DNA of 64,000 nucleotides from Minisyncoccota bacterium (lineage in GTDB: Bacteria > Patescibacteriota > Minisyncoccia > Phycocordibacterales > UBA9973), in NCBI GenBank assembly GCA_017991395.1, contig JAGOQQ010000002.1, positions 61,925-125,924 of the forward strand. Reading direction: 5' to 3'. Under the pieces are notes generated by a model that ran no database searches, was not told the DNA's origin, and saw only the letters and a list, made by a program, of their open reading frames with translations. This document shows, in pieces, positions 27,536 to 35,092 of the stretch; position 1 is the stretch's first letter; each line of letters opens with the position of its first letter. A program made the position numbers and the translations under genes.

Positions 27536-28288
27536 TCACAATTTTGATTCAAAGGGCAGGGTGATTGAAAATGTCGTACCTTGACCCTCAGTGCTTTCAA
27601 ACACCATCGTTCCTCCGTGTTTTTCAATAATATTCTTTGAGGTGTACAATCCCAATCCTGTGCCAATTTCTTCTTTTTCTTTTGCATTTTTTGAGCGGAA
27701 GAATTTTTCAAATATTTTGGCTTTGTCCTCGTCTTTTATTCCGATGCCCGTATCTTTGACCGTGATTGTCAGTGTGTCGAATTGTTCATGCAAAGAGATG
27801 AGTACTCGGTCACCATCGTTGCTGTACTTGATTGCGTTTTCAATAAGATTTTGAATCACAAACCGTATCTTACCTTGATCTACGTGGATATCTTTCGGCG
27901 TGTAATCAGGCTTCAGGAAAAGCAATTCAATTCCTCTTTTGTATGATTCTCCGACAAAGTCAAACACGATGCTGTCGATAAGTGTAATGATGTTTGTGGG
28001 TTGCGGGTTGTATGAAAGACTCGCTTCTTCTGTATGATTGATAGAGAGCATTTCATTTACGAGTCCTATCATTCTGTCGTTTCCTTCAAATGCTTTTTTG
28101 AGAAGTTTTGATTGATCCGGTGTCAGCACGCCCAAGTCGCCATCGAGACACATTTTGAGTAGCCATTTTGTAGCTCCAAGTGAGGTGCGAAGTTCGTGAG
28201 CGCTAATTGAAATAACATCAGACTTAAAAGAATTAAGCTTTTTGAGTTTCTCGTTTTCTTCTTGTAGTTTTTTTATTTCTTCGTCCAT
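27536..28288 (-). CDS. cytoplasmic sensor histidine kinase (HisKA plus HATPase_c)
   Basis: H-box SAHELRTSL, N-box QNLIENAIKYS, G-boxes DTGIGI and GTGLGL. No TM segments. Confidence 0.8.
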   Translation of the reverse strand: MDEEIKKLQEENEKLKKLNSFKSDVISISAHELRTSLGATKWLLKMCLDGDLGVLTPDQSKLLKKAFEGNDRMIGLVNEMLSINHTEEASLSYNPQPTNIITLIDSIVFDFVGESYKRGIELLFLKPDYTPKDIHVDQGKIRFVIQNLIENAIKYSNDGDRVLISLHEQFDTLTITVKDTGIGIKDEDKAKIFEKFFRSKNAKEKEEIGTGLGLYTSKNIIEKHGGTMVFESTEGQGTTFSITLPFESKL

Positions 28289-28290
28289 TG

Positions 28291-28602
28291 TTATTCTTTT
28301 TTCATATCAAGATTTTCGAGCTTGAGTGCCTTGAATCCAAAATAAATTACCGCTGCTACAATTATAAAATCAATAATACTTGAAATAAATGCTCCGTATT
28401 TGATTGACGTCGCACCAATTTCAATCGCCTTGTCCGCGAGATTTACTTTTCCAAGAAGTGCGCCGATGAGGGGATTGATAATGTTGTCGACAAGTGACGT
28501 CACAGTCTTTGAGACAGCTCCGCCAAGAATAAATCCAATCGCGAGTCCAATGACACCTTGTTTTCTAATAAATTCTACAAAACCTGTAAGTTGTTGATTC
28601 AT
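28291..28602 (-). CDS. mscL: large-conductance mechanosensitive channel MscL
   Basis: FVEFIRKQGVIGLAIGFILGGAVSKTVTSLVDNIINPLIG is the MscL N-terminal/TM1 signature. 103 aa. Confidence 0.8.
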   Translation of the reverse strand: MNQQLTGFVEFIRKQGVIGLAIGFILGGAVSKTVTSLVDNIINPLIGALLGKVNLADKAIEIGATSIKYGAFISSIIDFIIVAAVIYFGFKALKLENLDMKKE

Positions 28603-28677
28603 ACTACCTATAGTATATCCTTTCTTTTAAAATACAAAAATACACCATCAGTGTAAATAGTGTATTTTTTGGGAATG

Positions 28678-28899
28678 CTATTTGATTGGATTTTCTCCGC
28701 GAATTATGCGAACGAGGAAAAGTATAACTGCGATAACGAGAAGGATGTGAATAAATCCACCGAGGACATGAAATCCCAAAAATCCGAGTAACCATAGTAT
28801 CAAAAGTATGGTAGCGATAGTTGTAATCATAAAATGAGTTAAGTGTGAAATTGTAAGTAAGTTGACATCGACCAATTGTCTCTGTATTAAGTATACCAC
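28678..28899 (-). CDS. small lmo0937-family-like membrane protein (likely shorter, starting at an internal Met)
   Basis: ILLILWLLGFLGFHVLGGFIHILLVIAVILFLVRIIRG resembles the small GG-containing lmo0937-type membrane peptides. Confidence 0.45.
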   Translation of the reverse strand: MVYLIQRQLVDVNLLTISHLTHFMITTIATILLILWLLGFLGFHVLGGFIHILLVIAVILFLVRIIRGENPIK

Positions 28900-28943
28900 T
28901 TAATGTGGTATTTTTTGAGGTTGTAACTTATTGACGTATATGT

Positions 28944-29552
28944 TCACTTGTGAAATCTGAGGCGTTTGATGGCTTGGTGAATAAGCACGGAGATAATTGA
29001 GACTATGATTAATAGTAGAATTAATGATAAGGCGCGATCCCCAAAATACGACGTGAAAAAATTTCCTGCATACACTCCAACAACACCCCAAATCATAGAT
29101 CCAATAAAGCTGTATATAATGTATCGTTTTGTGTGGACACCGCGGACAGCTGCAAATAATGACGGCGTTGAACGTACCAAAGGTATGAGTTTGCCAAAGA
29201 TTGCGATGAGCGCCAAGTGTCTATCAAAAAGTTCCCACGATTTTTGATGTTTTTCATTTTCCACAATTGCTTTAATCCACTTGAGGTGTTTGAATCGTTT
29301 TGCTATTAAAAATCCTGTCATATCGCCAAGGAAGCTTGCGAGTCCCACTATTGTGCACGCTGTAAGTGGAGCAATAATACCTTTTGCAGATAACCCTCCT
29401 GCAAATATGGCAATCGTACCACCGGGCAGCACAGAGCCAATCACTGGCAACCCTTCCGCAAATGAAAAAAATCCAAGTACGAGCATTTGCCATTCTGTCG
29501 GAATTGTTTCAAGTAGTGAGATTATTGAATTGGAAATAGATGCCATGCACAA
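28944..29552 (-). CDS. DedA/VTT-domain family membrane protein
   Basis: FAEGLPVIGSVLPGGTIAIFAGGLSAKG and overall DedA topology. Confidence 0.75.
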   Translation of the reverse strand: MCMASISNSIISLLETIPTEWQMLVLGFFSFAEGLPVIGSVLPGGTIAIFAGGLSAKGIIAPLTACTIVGLASFLGDMTGFLIAKRFKHLKWIKAIVENEKHQKSWELFDRHLALIAIFGKLIPLVRSTPSLFAAVRGVHTKRYIIYSFIGSMIWGVVGVYAGNFFTSYFGDRALSLILLLIIVSIISVLIHQAIKRLRFHK

Positions 29553-29653
29553 ATCTTACCATGTAGACTTGTTGTACAAGAAGAGGTATGTGTCGTTTTA
29601 ATGCGGTGTCTATTGTGCAAAATTCGAACATTTTTTGACGAAAATCCTAAAAA

Positions 29654-29872
29654 CTAATTTTCTGGATAGTGTTCTAAATAAAACTCACGAAGTATTTCAC
29701 TCTTACTTTCATAATTCTTATCTTGTTCTGAAACTGCAATAACTCCCTCCAAATATTTTTTTGCTTTTGGCTCATCGTATTCCTTCATAGACAGAAAAAT
29801 TTCTACAGCTTCTTTAATGGGTAAGTATTTATTCTCAATTGGTGTTGGGCTTGATTCAAAGTTTGTATTCAT
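29654..29872 (-). CDS. hypothetical small protein
   Basis: 72-aa ORF with no motif. Confidence 0.3.
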   Translation of the reverse strand: MNTNFESSPTPIENKYLPIKEAVEIFLSMKEYDEPKAKKYLEGVIAVSEQDKNYESKSEILREFYLEHYPEN

Positions 29873-30090
29873 AAGTATGATTATATCATATAAAAATGAT
29901 CACTTTTTTCTTTGCGGAACCGGCGAGATTCGAAACTTACAGTTTCAGTACACCTTTTCGATTTGTTTGGAGAAATCTCCTCACAAACAACGAAAAGCTC
30001 TTCGAATCTCTCTCGGAAGTACCGCAGGGTACTTCCTCGTCTCCGCGAACAAAAATGGTCCGGAATGATTCCGGACTCATTTTTTGTAAT

Positions 30091-30293
30091 CGCGGTGTGT
30101 ATTGAACGAAGTTCGAATGTATTTTGAATTGAATCCTGACGACCAATGATGCGCGCCTCGGACACGCTCGCGGACTCGCGTGTGCAAAAACCAAAAAATT
30201 TCCTTGCATTTTTCTCGCGTCTCCTCCCCCCACCCCTCCGCCGCGAAGCGGAAAAAGAAATGGAAAGGAAATTTTTGGTTTTGCTTCGCCGTT
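30091..30293. repeat. inverted repeat arm A (~203 bp) with an internal long palindrome (aaaccaaaaaatttccttgcatttttc...gaaaaagaaatggaaaggaaatttttggttt around a GC-rich core)
   Basis: Reverse complement of 32270..32474. ORF-track translations on opposite strands are identical over about 65 aa (AKQNQKFPFHFFFRFAAEGWGEETREKCKEIFWFLHTRVRERVRGAHHWSSGFNSKYIRTSFNTHR). Confidence 0.85.
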
Positions 30294-30573
30294 TCAGTCT
30301 CCGAAAAGAGCAATCTTATTTTAACATTTTTGTTTGCTCTTTTCTCCACCCTCACGGCGACCGAGGCGCTTCCTCTCCGCGTTTGGTGGTGACTCTAAAC
30401 TCCGTGGCTTCGACGGAGAAAGTGCCAACTCATCAAAGTGGAGCCTCGCCATACAAAATTCTTTAAGGAATGGCGAGGCGCAAATCCTATTATGTGTTTG
30501 CCCCACCCTCCCGTGCGCACACATCATCCCCGCCGTTTTGGGAGAATATTATAAAACGGCGGGGATGGCTCCC

Positions 30574-31317
30574 TTATTTAAAATTCATAGTCCACTTATC
30601 TTTACCTTCCCAACCATCAAACATTTTTCCATGTCCCATTTCTCGGCTCAGTTTTTCAATACCAGAAAGTAAATCTTGTTGAGTTTTAAGGTCTGCTGTT
30701 TCTAAAATATGTTTTATTTTTTCTACAAATTCTTTGGGCGACCAAGGCAAATTTTCCAAAGGATACTTTTCTAGTTCTTTTTGAACATAACCGAGAAATG
30801 GTCTATGCCTGCCATTCATGGCAAATACGAGTGTAAGTAAATCAAGCATGGAGTTTACTGCCTCCAAATGAGCACCAAACATATTATTATTGCGAATACA
30901 TTTTACAGAGCGATATACACCATTTACATACCCGTCAATCCACCAATCAATAAATTTATTCAATTTATCTGGCGGTATTTGACCTTTTTCCTTAACCAGT
31001 TTTTCCAATTCTCCGTCTGTCCTGTCTACAAGAATTTTGACATGAGCGTAATTATATCTGTCCCATGATTCTGGGCTTTCCCAGCCAGCAAATGTTTTGA
31101 AATCAGAGAAAGAACGCACTGACAAATCCACATTATCTAAAGTCATCTTTTCGTATTTTTCGTGGATTGTGTTAGCGGCTTCGTCTTTAATAATCATTAC
31201 AGCATCATAATCGGAATGTTCATTTTCAAAACCCTTGCCACGCGAACCAACAAGAATGAAGCCGACAACGTCCTCGTTTTCTTGTGCCTCTTTAAGTATT
31301 TTTTCGTAGTCGTTCAT
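30574..31317 (-). CDS. ANT(6)/AadK-like minimal nucleotidyltransferase (putative aminoglycoside adenylyltransferase-family protein)
   Basis: N-terminal NTase motif VGFILVGSRGKGFENEHSDYDAVMII (GS...DxD) and a helical C-terminal domain. The layout resembles the ANT(6) N-terminal motif (GSRANINIPKDEFQDYDITYFV in ANT(6)-Ia) as recalled from memory. Confidence 0.5.
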   Translation of the reverse strand: MNDYEKILKEAQENEDVVGFILVGSRGKGFENEHSDYDAVMIIKDEAANTIHEKYEKMTLDNVDLSVRSFSDFKTFAGWESPESWDRYNYAHVKILVDRTDGELEKLVKEKGQIPPDKLNKFIDWWIDGYVNGVYRSVKCIRNNNMFGAHLEAVNSMLDLLTLVFAMNGRHRPFLGYVQKELEKYPLENLPWSPKEFVEKIKHILETADLKTQQDLLSGIEKLSREMGHGKMFDGWEGKDKWTMNFK

Positions 31318-31321
31318 AGAT

Positions 31322-31981
31322 TTATTTTAACATTTTATTAGCTAATAATAATTTTTGAATAAGTTCCGAAATATTTTTATGGACAGGCCAAATTTTTTGT
31401 ATTTCGGCACGCATATCTTGATGTTGAAGGTATCCCTCATCTCGTTTTCCATTCATTAGATCGGAAAACTCAAGATTCAAAAGTTCCGTCAAAGATTCTT
31501 TGATGTCGTTATACGCCAATTTTGAAAGTCCCTCGTCTAGCAACTTTTTACCGAAAGTGTGCCATGTGTAGAAATGTAAAAGTTCGTGCATTATCGTGTT
31601 GTTGGAAAATTCCGAGCCGATTCTGACGAAAAAATAGTTTTGCTCGATGTTGTAGGTACAACGCTCGTTGTGGGTCAAATAAACAGTAATAATCGGGGCT
31701 GGGTAAGAAATGCCGAATAACTTTTCCACTCGCTCAATGAAAATGGGTTCGGCAATTTTCCATCTTGCCTCTACAGCAACAATTTCCTTGTTAGCGTCGA
31801 AACCACTTATTTTGTCTTGTTCCCCAATAAACGCCTTGACCTTTTCCGTTTCAAAATTTTCGCCGTATTTTTCGGAAAACGAAATTTGAAACTTTGTTGG
31901 TTTCTTACTATTCGTCGCGTTCGTTCCCTTGATAAAGTTTTCAACGTCCTTATCTATATTGTATGCAAAATGTAATTTCAT
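31322..31981 (-). CDS. HExxH-motif protein (putative ImmA/IrrE-like zinc metallopeptidase), function unknown
   Basis: IMHELLHFYTWH contains HExxH. It is co-oriented and adjacent to an XRE-family HTH gene, as in ImmR/ImmA modules. Confidence 0.35.
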   Translation of the reverse strand: MKLHFAYNIDKDVENFIKGTNATNSKKPTKFQISFSEKYGENFETEKVKAFIGEQDKISGFDANKEIVAVEARWKIAEPIFIERVEKLFGISYPAPIITVYLTHNERCTYNIEQNYFFVRIGSEFSNNTIMHELLHFYTWHTFGKKLLDEGLSKLAYNDIKESLTELLNLEFSDLMNGKRDEGYLQHQDMRAEIQKIWPVHKNISELIQKLLLANKMLK

Positions 31982-31985
31982 AAAT

Positions 31986-32198
31986 TTATTTCAAAAGTTC
32001 ATCACTTGCAACTCCTAACGCTTGAGCGATTTTCTCAATGGTTGCGAGTGTTGGATTTCCTTTTCCACTCTCAATATTGCTCATTTGAGCGCGATCAAAA
32101 CCGAGAGCACGACAAATGTCGCCTTGCGACATTTTCTTTCGCTCTCGTATGCGCTTTATGTTTCTTCCCAACTTAATTGACGATGTTTTCATATCCAC
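31986..32198 (-). CDS. XRE-family helix-turn-helix transcriptional regulator (70 aa)
   Basis: LGRNIKRIRERKKMSQGDICRALGFDRAQMSNIESGKGNPTLATIEKIAQALG is a canonical HTH_XRE. Confidence 0.75.
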   Translation of the reverse strand: MDMKTSSIKLGRNIKRIRERKKMSQGDICRALGFDRAQMSNIESGKGNPTLATIEKIAQALGVASDELLK

Positions 32199-32269
32199 AG
32201 TTTATATTCTAGCAGTTTGTTGTGTCTTATATCAATAATGTGATATATTACAATAGATGAGAATGTTGA

Positions 32270-32474
32270 TAACGGCGAAGCAAAACCAAAAATTTCCTTT
32301 CCATTTCTTTTTCCGCTTCGCGGCGGAGGGGTGGGGGGAGGAGACGCGAGAAAAATGCAAGGAAATTTTTTGGTTTTTGCACACGCGAGTCCGCGAGCGT
32401 GTCCGAGGCGCGCATCATTGGTCGTCAGGATTCAATTCAAAATACATTCGAACTTCGTTCAATACACACCGCCA
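32270..32474. repeat. inverted repeat arm B (reverse complement of 30091..30293), directly fused to 32471..32587
   Basis: Sequence identity, plus shared ORF-track peptides on opposite strands. Confidence 0.85.
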
Positions 32475-32587
32475 GAAAACGAAATCGGATTTTAGAGCCG
32501 AAATGGGGTCGCGCCGAAGGCGCGACACTAGGGCATTCCCCCCGCCGAATCCAGAATCCAAAAGGGTTTTCCACGCTCCGCGTGGCT
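32471..32587. repeat. second inverted repeat: reverse complement of 33994..34110, which abuts the tRNA-Ser 3' end
   Basis: Peptide RKRNRILEPKWGRAEGATLGHSPRRIQNPKGFSTLRVA is encoded on opposite strands at both loci. Confidence 0.85.
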
Positions 32588-32609
32588 CGTCGTTTGCCAA
32601 TACAATTCT

Positions 32610-34160
32610 ATGAATAATCAAACCAAAAAGTTTTTCATATATACTCGCAAGTCTACGGACGACAAAGACAGACAAGTCCGCAGTATTTCCGACCAGTTGA
32701 GTGAGTTAAAAGAGTTAGCGCTGAAAGAGCAACTGGAAGTGATGGATGTCTTTGTCGAAAAGCAGACCGCCAAAATACCAGGTCGTCCCGTGTTTAATGA
32801 AATGATGACGAGAATGGAAGCGGGCGAAGCGTCTGGTATTTTGGCGTGGCATCCCGATAGACTTGCTCGCAACTCGGTAGATGGAGGAAAAATCATCTAC
32901 CTCGTTGATACTGGAGTAATTTCAGAAATGAAATTCCCAACTTTTTGGTTTGATCCGACACCGCAAGGCAAATTCATGCTCTCAATCGCTTTTTCGCAAT
33001 CCAAGTATTATGTGGACAATTTGAGTGAAAATATCAAGCGCGGACATAGAAACAAAGTGAAGGAAGGGATATGGCCTCAAATGTCTCCGATTGGATATGT
33101 GAACGAGAAAGGAAAAGGTATTGTGCCACATCCTGAACTTTCGATTTTAGTAAAAAAGACATTTGAGGCATATGCAACTGGAAACTTCACTTTGCGGGAA
33201 GTCCGCGACAAATTTAACGCGCTTGGATTGAAAAGAAAAAGCGGTAGAGAGCTTGCGGTGTCGAATTATCAAAAACTTCTCAAAAATCCTATTTACACTG
33301 GTCTCATGAGGTATAACGGAGAGATTTTTGAGGGAAAGCACGAACCGATTATTTCAAAGAAACTTTTTGATTCTGTTCAAGAAGTGATGAGTCGAAAATC
33401 TAAACCTCATTCCAAAGGTTTGAAACCATATATTTATCGGGGATTTTTCCGTTGCGGAGAATGTGGATGTTTTATAACTACCGAGCAACAAAAAGGTCAT
33501 AACTATTTGCGATGTACCAAACGGAAAAATCCTTGTGAGCAAAAATATGTTCGTGAGGAGCTCATCACTTCTCAAATTCAAGAGGAAATCAAAAAAGTTT
33601 CTTTGCCTCTCGATTGGACAGAATGGATGATTGCCGAAAATGCAAAGGATCGGCAATCGGAAGTCCAATCAAGTGAGATTTTTTCTCAAAAAATACAAAG
33701 TAAAATTTCTCTTTTGGATGCAAAAATGGAGAAGCTGATGTCTGCGTATTTGGAAAGTGCATTTTCGCTTGAAGAATATCGTGATGCTAAAAGTGCCATG
33801 GTTAACTCAAAACAGCTTCTCAAAGAGAAATTATCAGCTTTTGAGAAAAAATCTCATAATCGGTTCGAACTTACCGAAAAGTTTTTGAAATACAATATGG
33901 AATTGGCAAACGACCGAACAAATGAGGAAAATACTCATTTGTTCAAAAAAGTCGGTTCGAACTTTCAAATTAAGGATCGAACCGTACTTTTTGAGCCACG
34001 CGGAGCGTGGAAAACCCTTTTGGATTCTGGATTCGGCGGGGGGAATGCCCTAGTGTCGCGCCTTCGGCGCGACCCCATTTCGGCTCTAAAATCCGATTTC
34101 GTTTTCTGGCGGAGACGGAGAGATTCGAACTCTCGAGGCCATTACAGCCTGCCTCCTTAG
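32610..34160 (+). CDS. large serine recombinase (resolvase/invertase N-terminal catalytic domain, recombinase domain, zinc ribbon, coiled-coil). The annotated 3' end runs through the repeat and tRNA-Ser, so the true stop may be earlier or the C-terminus repeat-derived
   Basis: FFIYTRKSTDDKDRQVRSISDQ (catalytic Ser in YTRKS), GILAWHPDRLARN, recombinase-domain residues, and a Cys cluster RCGECGCF...CTKRKNPC. Confidence 0.8.
   Translation: MNNQTKKFFIYTRKSTDDKDRQVRSISDQLSELKELALKEQLEVMDVFVEKQTAKIPGRPVFNEMMTRMEAGEASGILAWHPDRLARNSVDGGKIIYLVDTGVISEMKFPTFWFDPTPQGKFMLSIAFSQSKYYVDNLSENIKRGHRNKVKEGIWPQMSPIGYVNEKGKGIVPHPELSILVKKTFEAYATGNFTLREVRDKFNALGLKRKSGRELAVSNYQKLLKNPIYTGLMRYNGEIFEGKHEPIISKKLFDSVQEVMSRKSKPHSKGLKPYIYRGFFRCGECGCFITTEQQKGHNYLRCTKRKNPCEQKYVREELITSQIQEEIKKVSLPLDWTEWMIAENAKDRQSEVQSSEIFSQKIQSKISLLDAKMEKLMSAYLESAFSLEEYRDAKSAMVNSKQLLKEKLSAFEKKSHNRFELTEKFLKYNMELANDRTNEENTHLFKKVGSNFQIKDRTVLFEPRGAWKTLLDSGFGGGNALVSRLRRDPISALKSDFVFWRRRRDSNSRGHYSLPP
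33994..34110. repeat. inverted repeat arm C (partner of 32471..32587), ending at the tRNA-Ser CCA end
   Basis: See 32471..32587. Confidence 0.85.
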
Positions 34161-34195
34161 CAAGGAGGTACGTTAGACCACTCCGACACGTCTCC
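34107..34195 (-). tRNA. tRNA-Ser (anticodon GCU), class II with a long variable arm and encoded CCA
   Basis: Reverse complement GGAGACGTGTCGGAGTGGTCTAACGTACCTCCTTGCTAAGGAGGCAGGCTGTAATGGCCTCGAGAGTTCGAATCTCTCCGTCTCCGCCA. Anticodon stem CCTCC/GGAGG with loop TTGCTAA, T-arm AGAGA-TTCGAAT-CTCT, discriminator G. Confidence 0.85.
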
Positions 34196-34299
34196 AGATA
34201 ACATAAAAACAATACCATATTTAGTCTCTTTTTCCCAAAAAATCTACCTCTTAAAAATCATAGAAAAAAAGCACAATATATGATATATTCTATTCGCAC

Positions 34300-34386
34300 G
34301 GAGGATTGGATGAGTGGTTTAAATCAACGGTTTACTAAACCGTCGTTCCTTAATTGGAACCGTGAGTTCGAATCTCACATCCTCCG
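34300..34386 (+). tRNA. class-II (Ser-like, G73) tRNA with anticodon loop UUACUAA, i.e. an apparent ACU anticodon; possibly aberrant or a pseudo-tRNA
   Basis: Acceptor GGAGGAT/ATCCTCC (7 bp). 3-bp D stem GAT/ATC. Anticodon stem ACGGT/ACCGT. Variable-arm hairpin GTTCC-ttaatt-GGAAC. T-arm GTGAG-TTCGAAT-CTCAC. Discriminator G. Confidence 0.55.
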
Positions 34387-34388
34387 CA

Positions 34389-34426
34389 AAAAAACCAAAC
34401 TCAGATTATCTGAGTTTGGTTTTTAA
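34389..34426 (+). terminator. intrinsic terminator (aaaccaaactcaga-ttat-ctgagtttggttttt)
   Basis: Perfect 14-bp stem followed by a T-run. Confidence 0.7.
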
Positions 34427-34509
34427 AATTTTGACAAAAAAATAATTTTATTGACTTATTGCGTAAACGTTTCGCTTCAGAAGAACACGTTGACTCGTAG
34501 TTTGTCAAA

Positions 34510-35076
34510 TTGGTACTATTAAATTCTATGATTACAACAATGCCTTATGACGTTCCATTGTATTCTCAAATAAGTGATATTTCATCCGTTGCATGGCAAC
34601 AAAAAGGATGTGGTGTGGCTGATGTGGCAATGATTGTAGAATTCTACAAGCCAAATACTACGACCGTACAAAAAGTTCTCGAAACAGCACTTGCGCAAGG
34701 CGCATATCAAAAAAATGTTGGGTGGAAACATGCGGGTCTTGCGGCACTTGCTTCAAAATACGGTCTCGTCGGAAAGACAGTGGATTTTTCTACGTATTCA
34801 AATGATTCAGCATTGAAAAATTTCAAAAAAGAAGTAGATGCGGGTCCGGTAGTGGCTTCAATTCGTCGCGGATTCAATCCAAAAAGTCCATATGGACACC
34901 TCGTGGTGATCACTGGATATGATGACAAAGTCGTGTACTACAACGATCCGGGAAAAAGAGACGGAAAAAAGTCCGTACTAATTGCAGATTTCATGAAAGG
35001 CTGGAAAAAAAGATTGATTGTTATACGTCCACCTGCAGAGAAAAAGGAAATTGTAAAAGTGACTTACTCGTACTAA
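34510..35076 (+). CDS. peptidase C39-like (papain-fold) domain protein
   Basis: VPLYSQ...GCGVADVAMIVEFY...GHLVVITGYDD gives the Cys/His layout of Peptidase_C39_2-like domains. Confidence 0.55.
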   Translation: MVLLNSMITTMPYDVPLYSQISDISSVAWQQKGCGVADVAMIVEFYKPNTTTVQKVLETALAQGAYQKNVGWKHAGLAALASKYGLVGKTVDFSTYSNDSALKNFKKEVDAGPVVASIRRGFNPKSPYGHLVVITGYDDKVVYYNDPGKRDGKKSVLIADFMKGWKKRLIVIRPPAEKKEIVKVTYSY

Positions 35077-35092
35077 TTTTAGCTTTCTAGAT

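Larger units (their letters stand above)
29918..34195. mobile_element. ~4.2 kb integrated element at the 3' end of tRNA-Ser(GCU): serine recombinase, XRE regulator, HExxH protein, ANT(6)-like nucleotidyltransferase, nested inverted repeats, and a degenerate tRNA 3'-end copy at the distal border
   Basis: tRNA-Ser at 34107..34195. Degenerate copy of its T-arm region (cggcgagattcgaaact vs cggagagattcgaactct) at ~29925-29945. Large serine recombinase gene immediately inside. Repeats are GC-rich relative to the flanks. Confidence 0.6.

Noticed and set aside
29881-30530. Cluster of overlapping 60-110-aa ORFs on both strands (also 32257..32617 and 33970..34218)
   Set aside because: They lie entirely within the GC-rich inverted repeats. 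Identical peptides appear on opposite strands because the DNA is repeated, not because they are genes.
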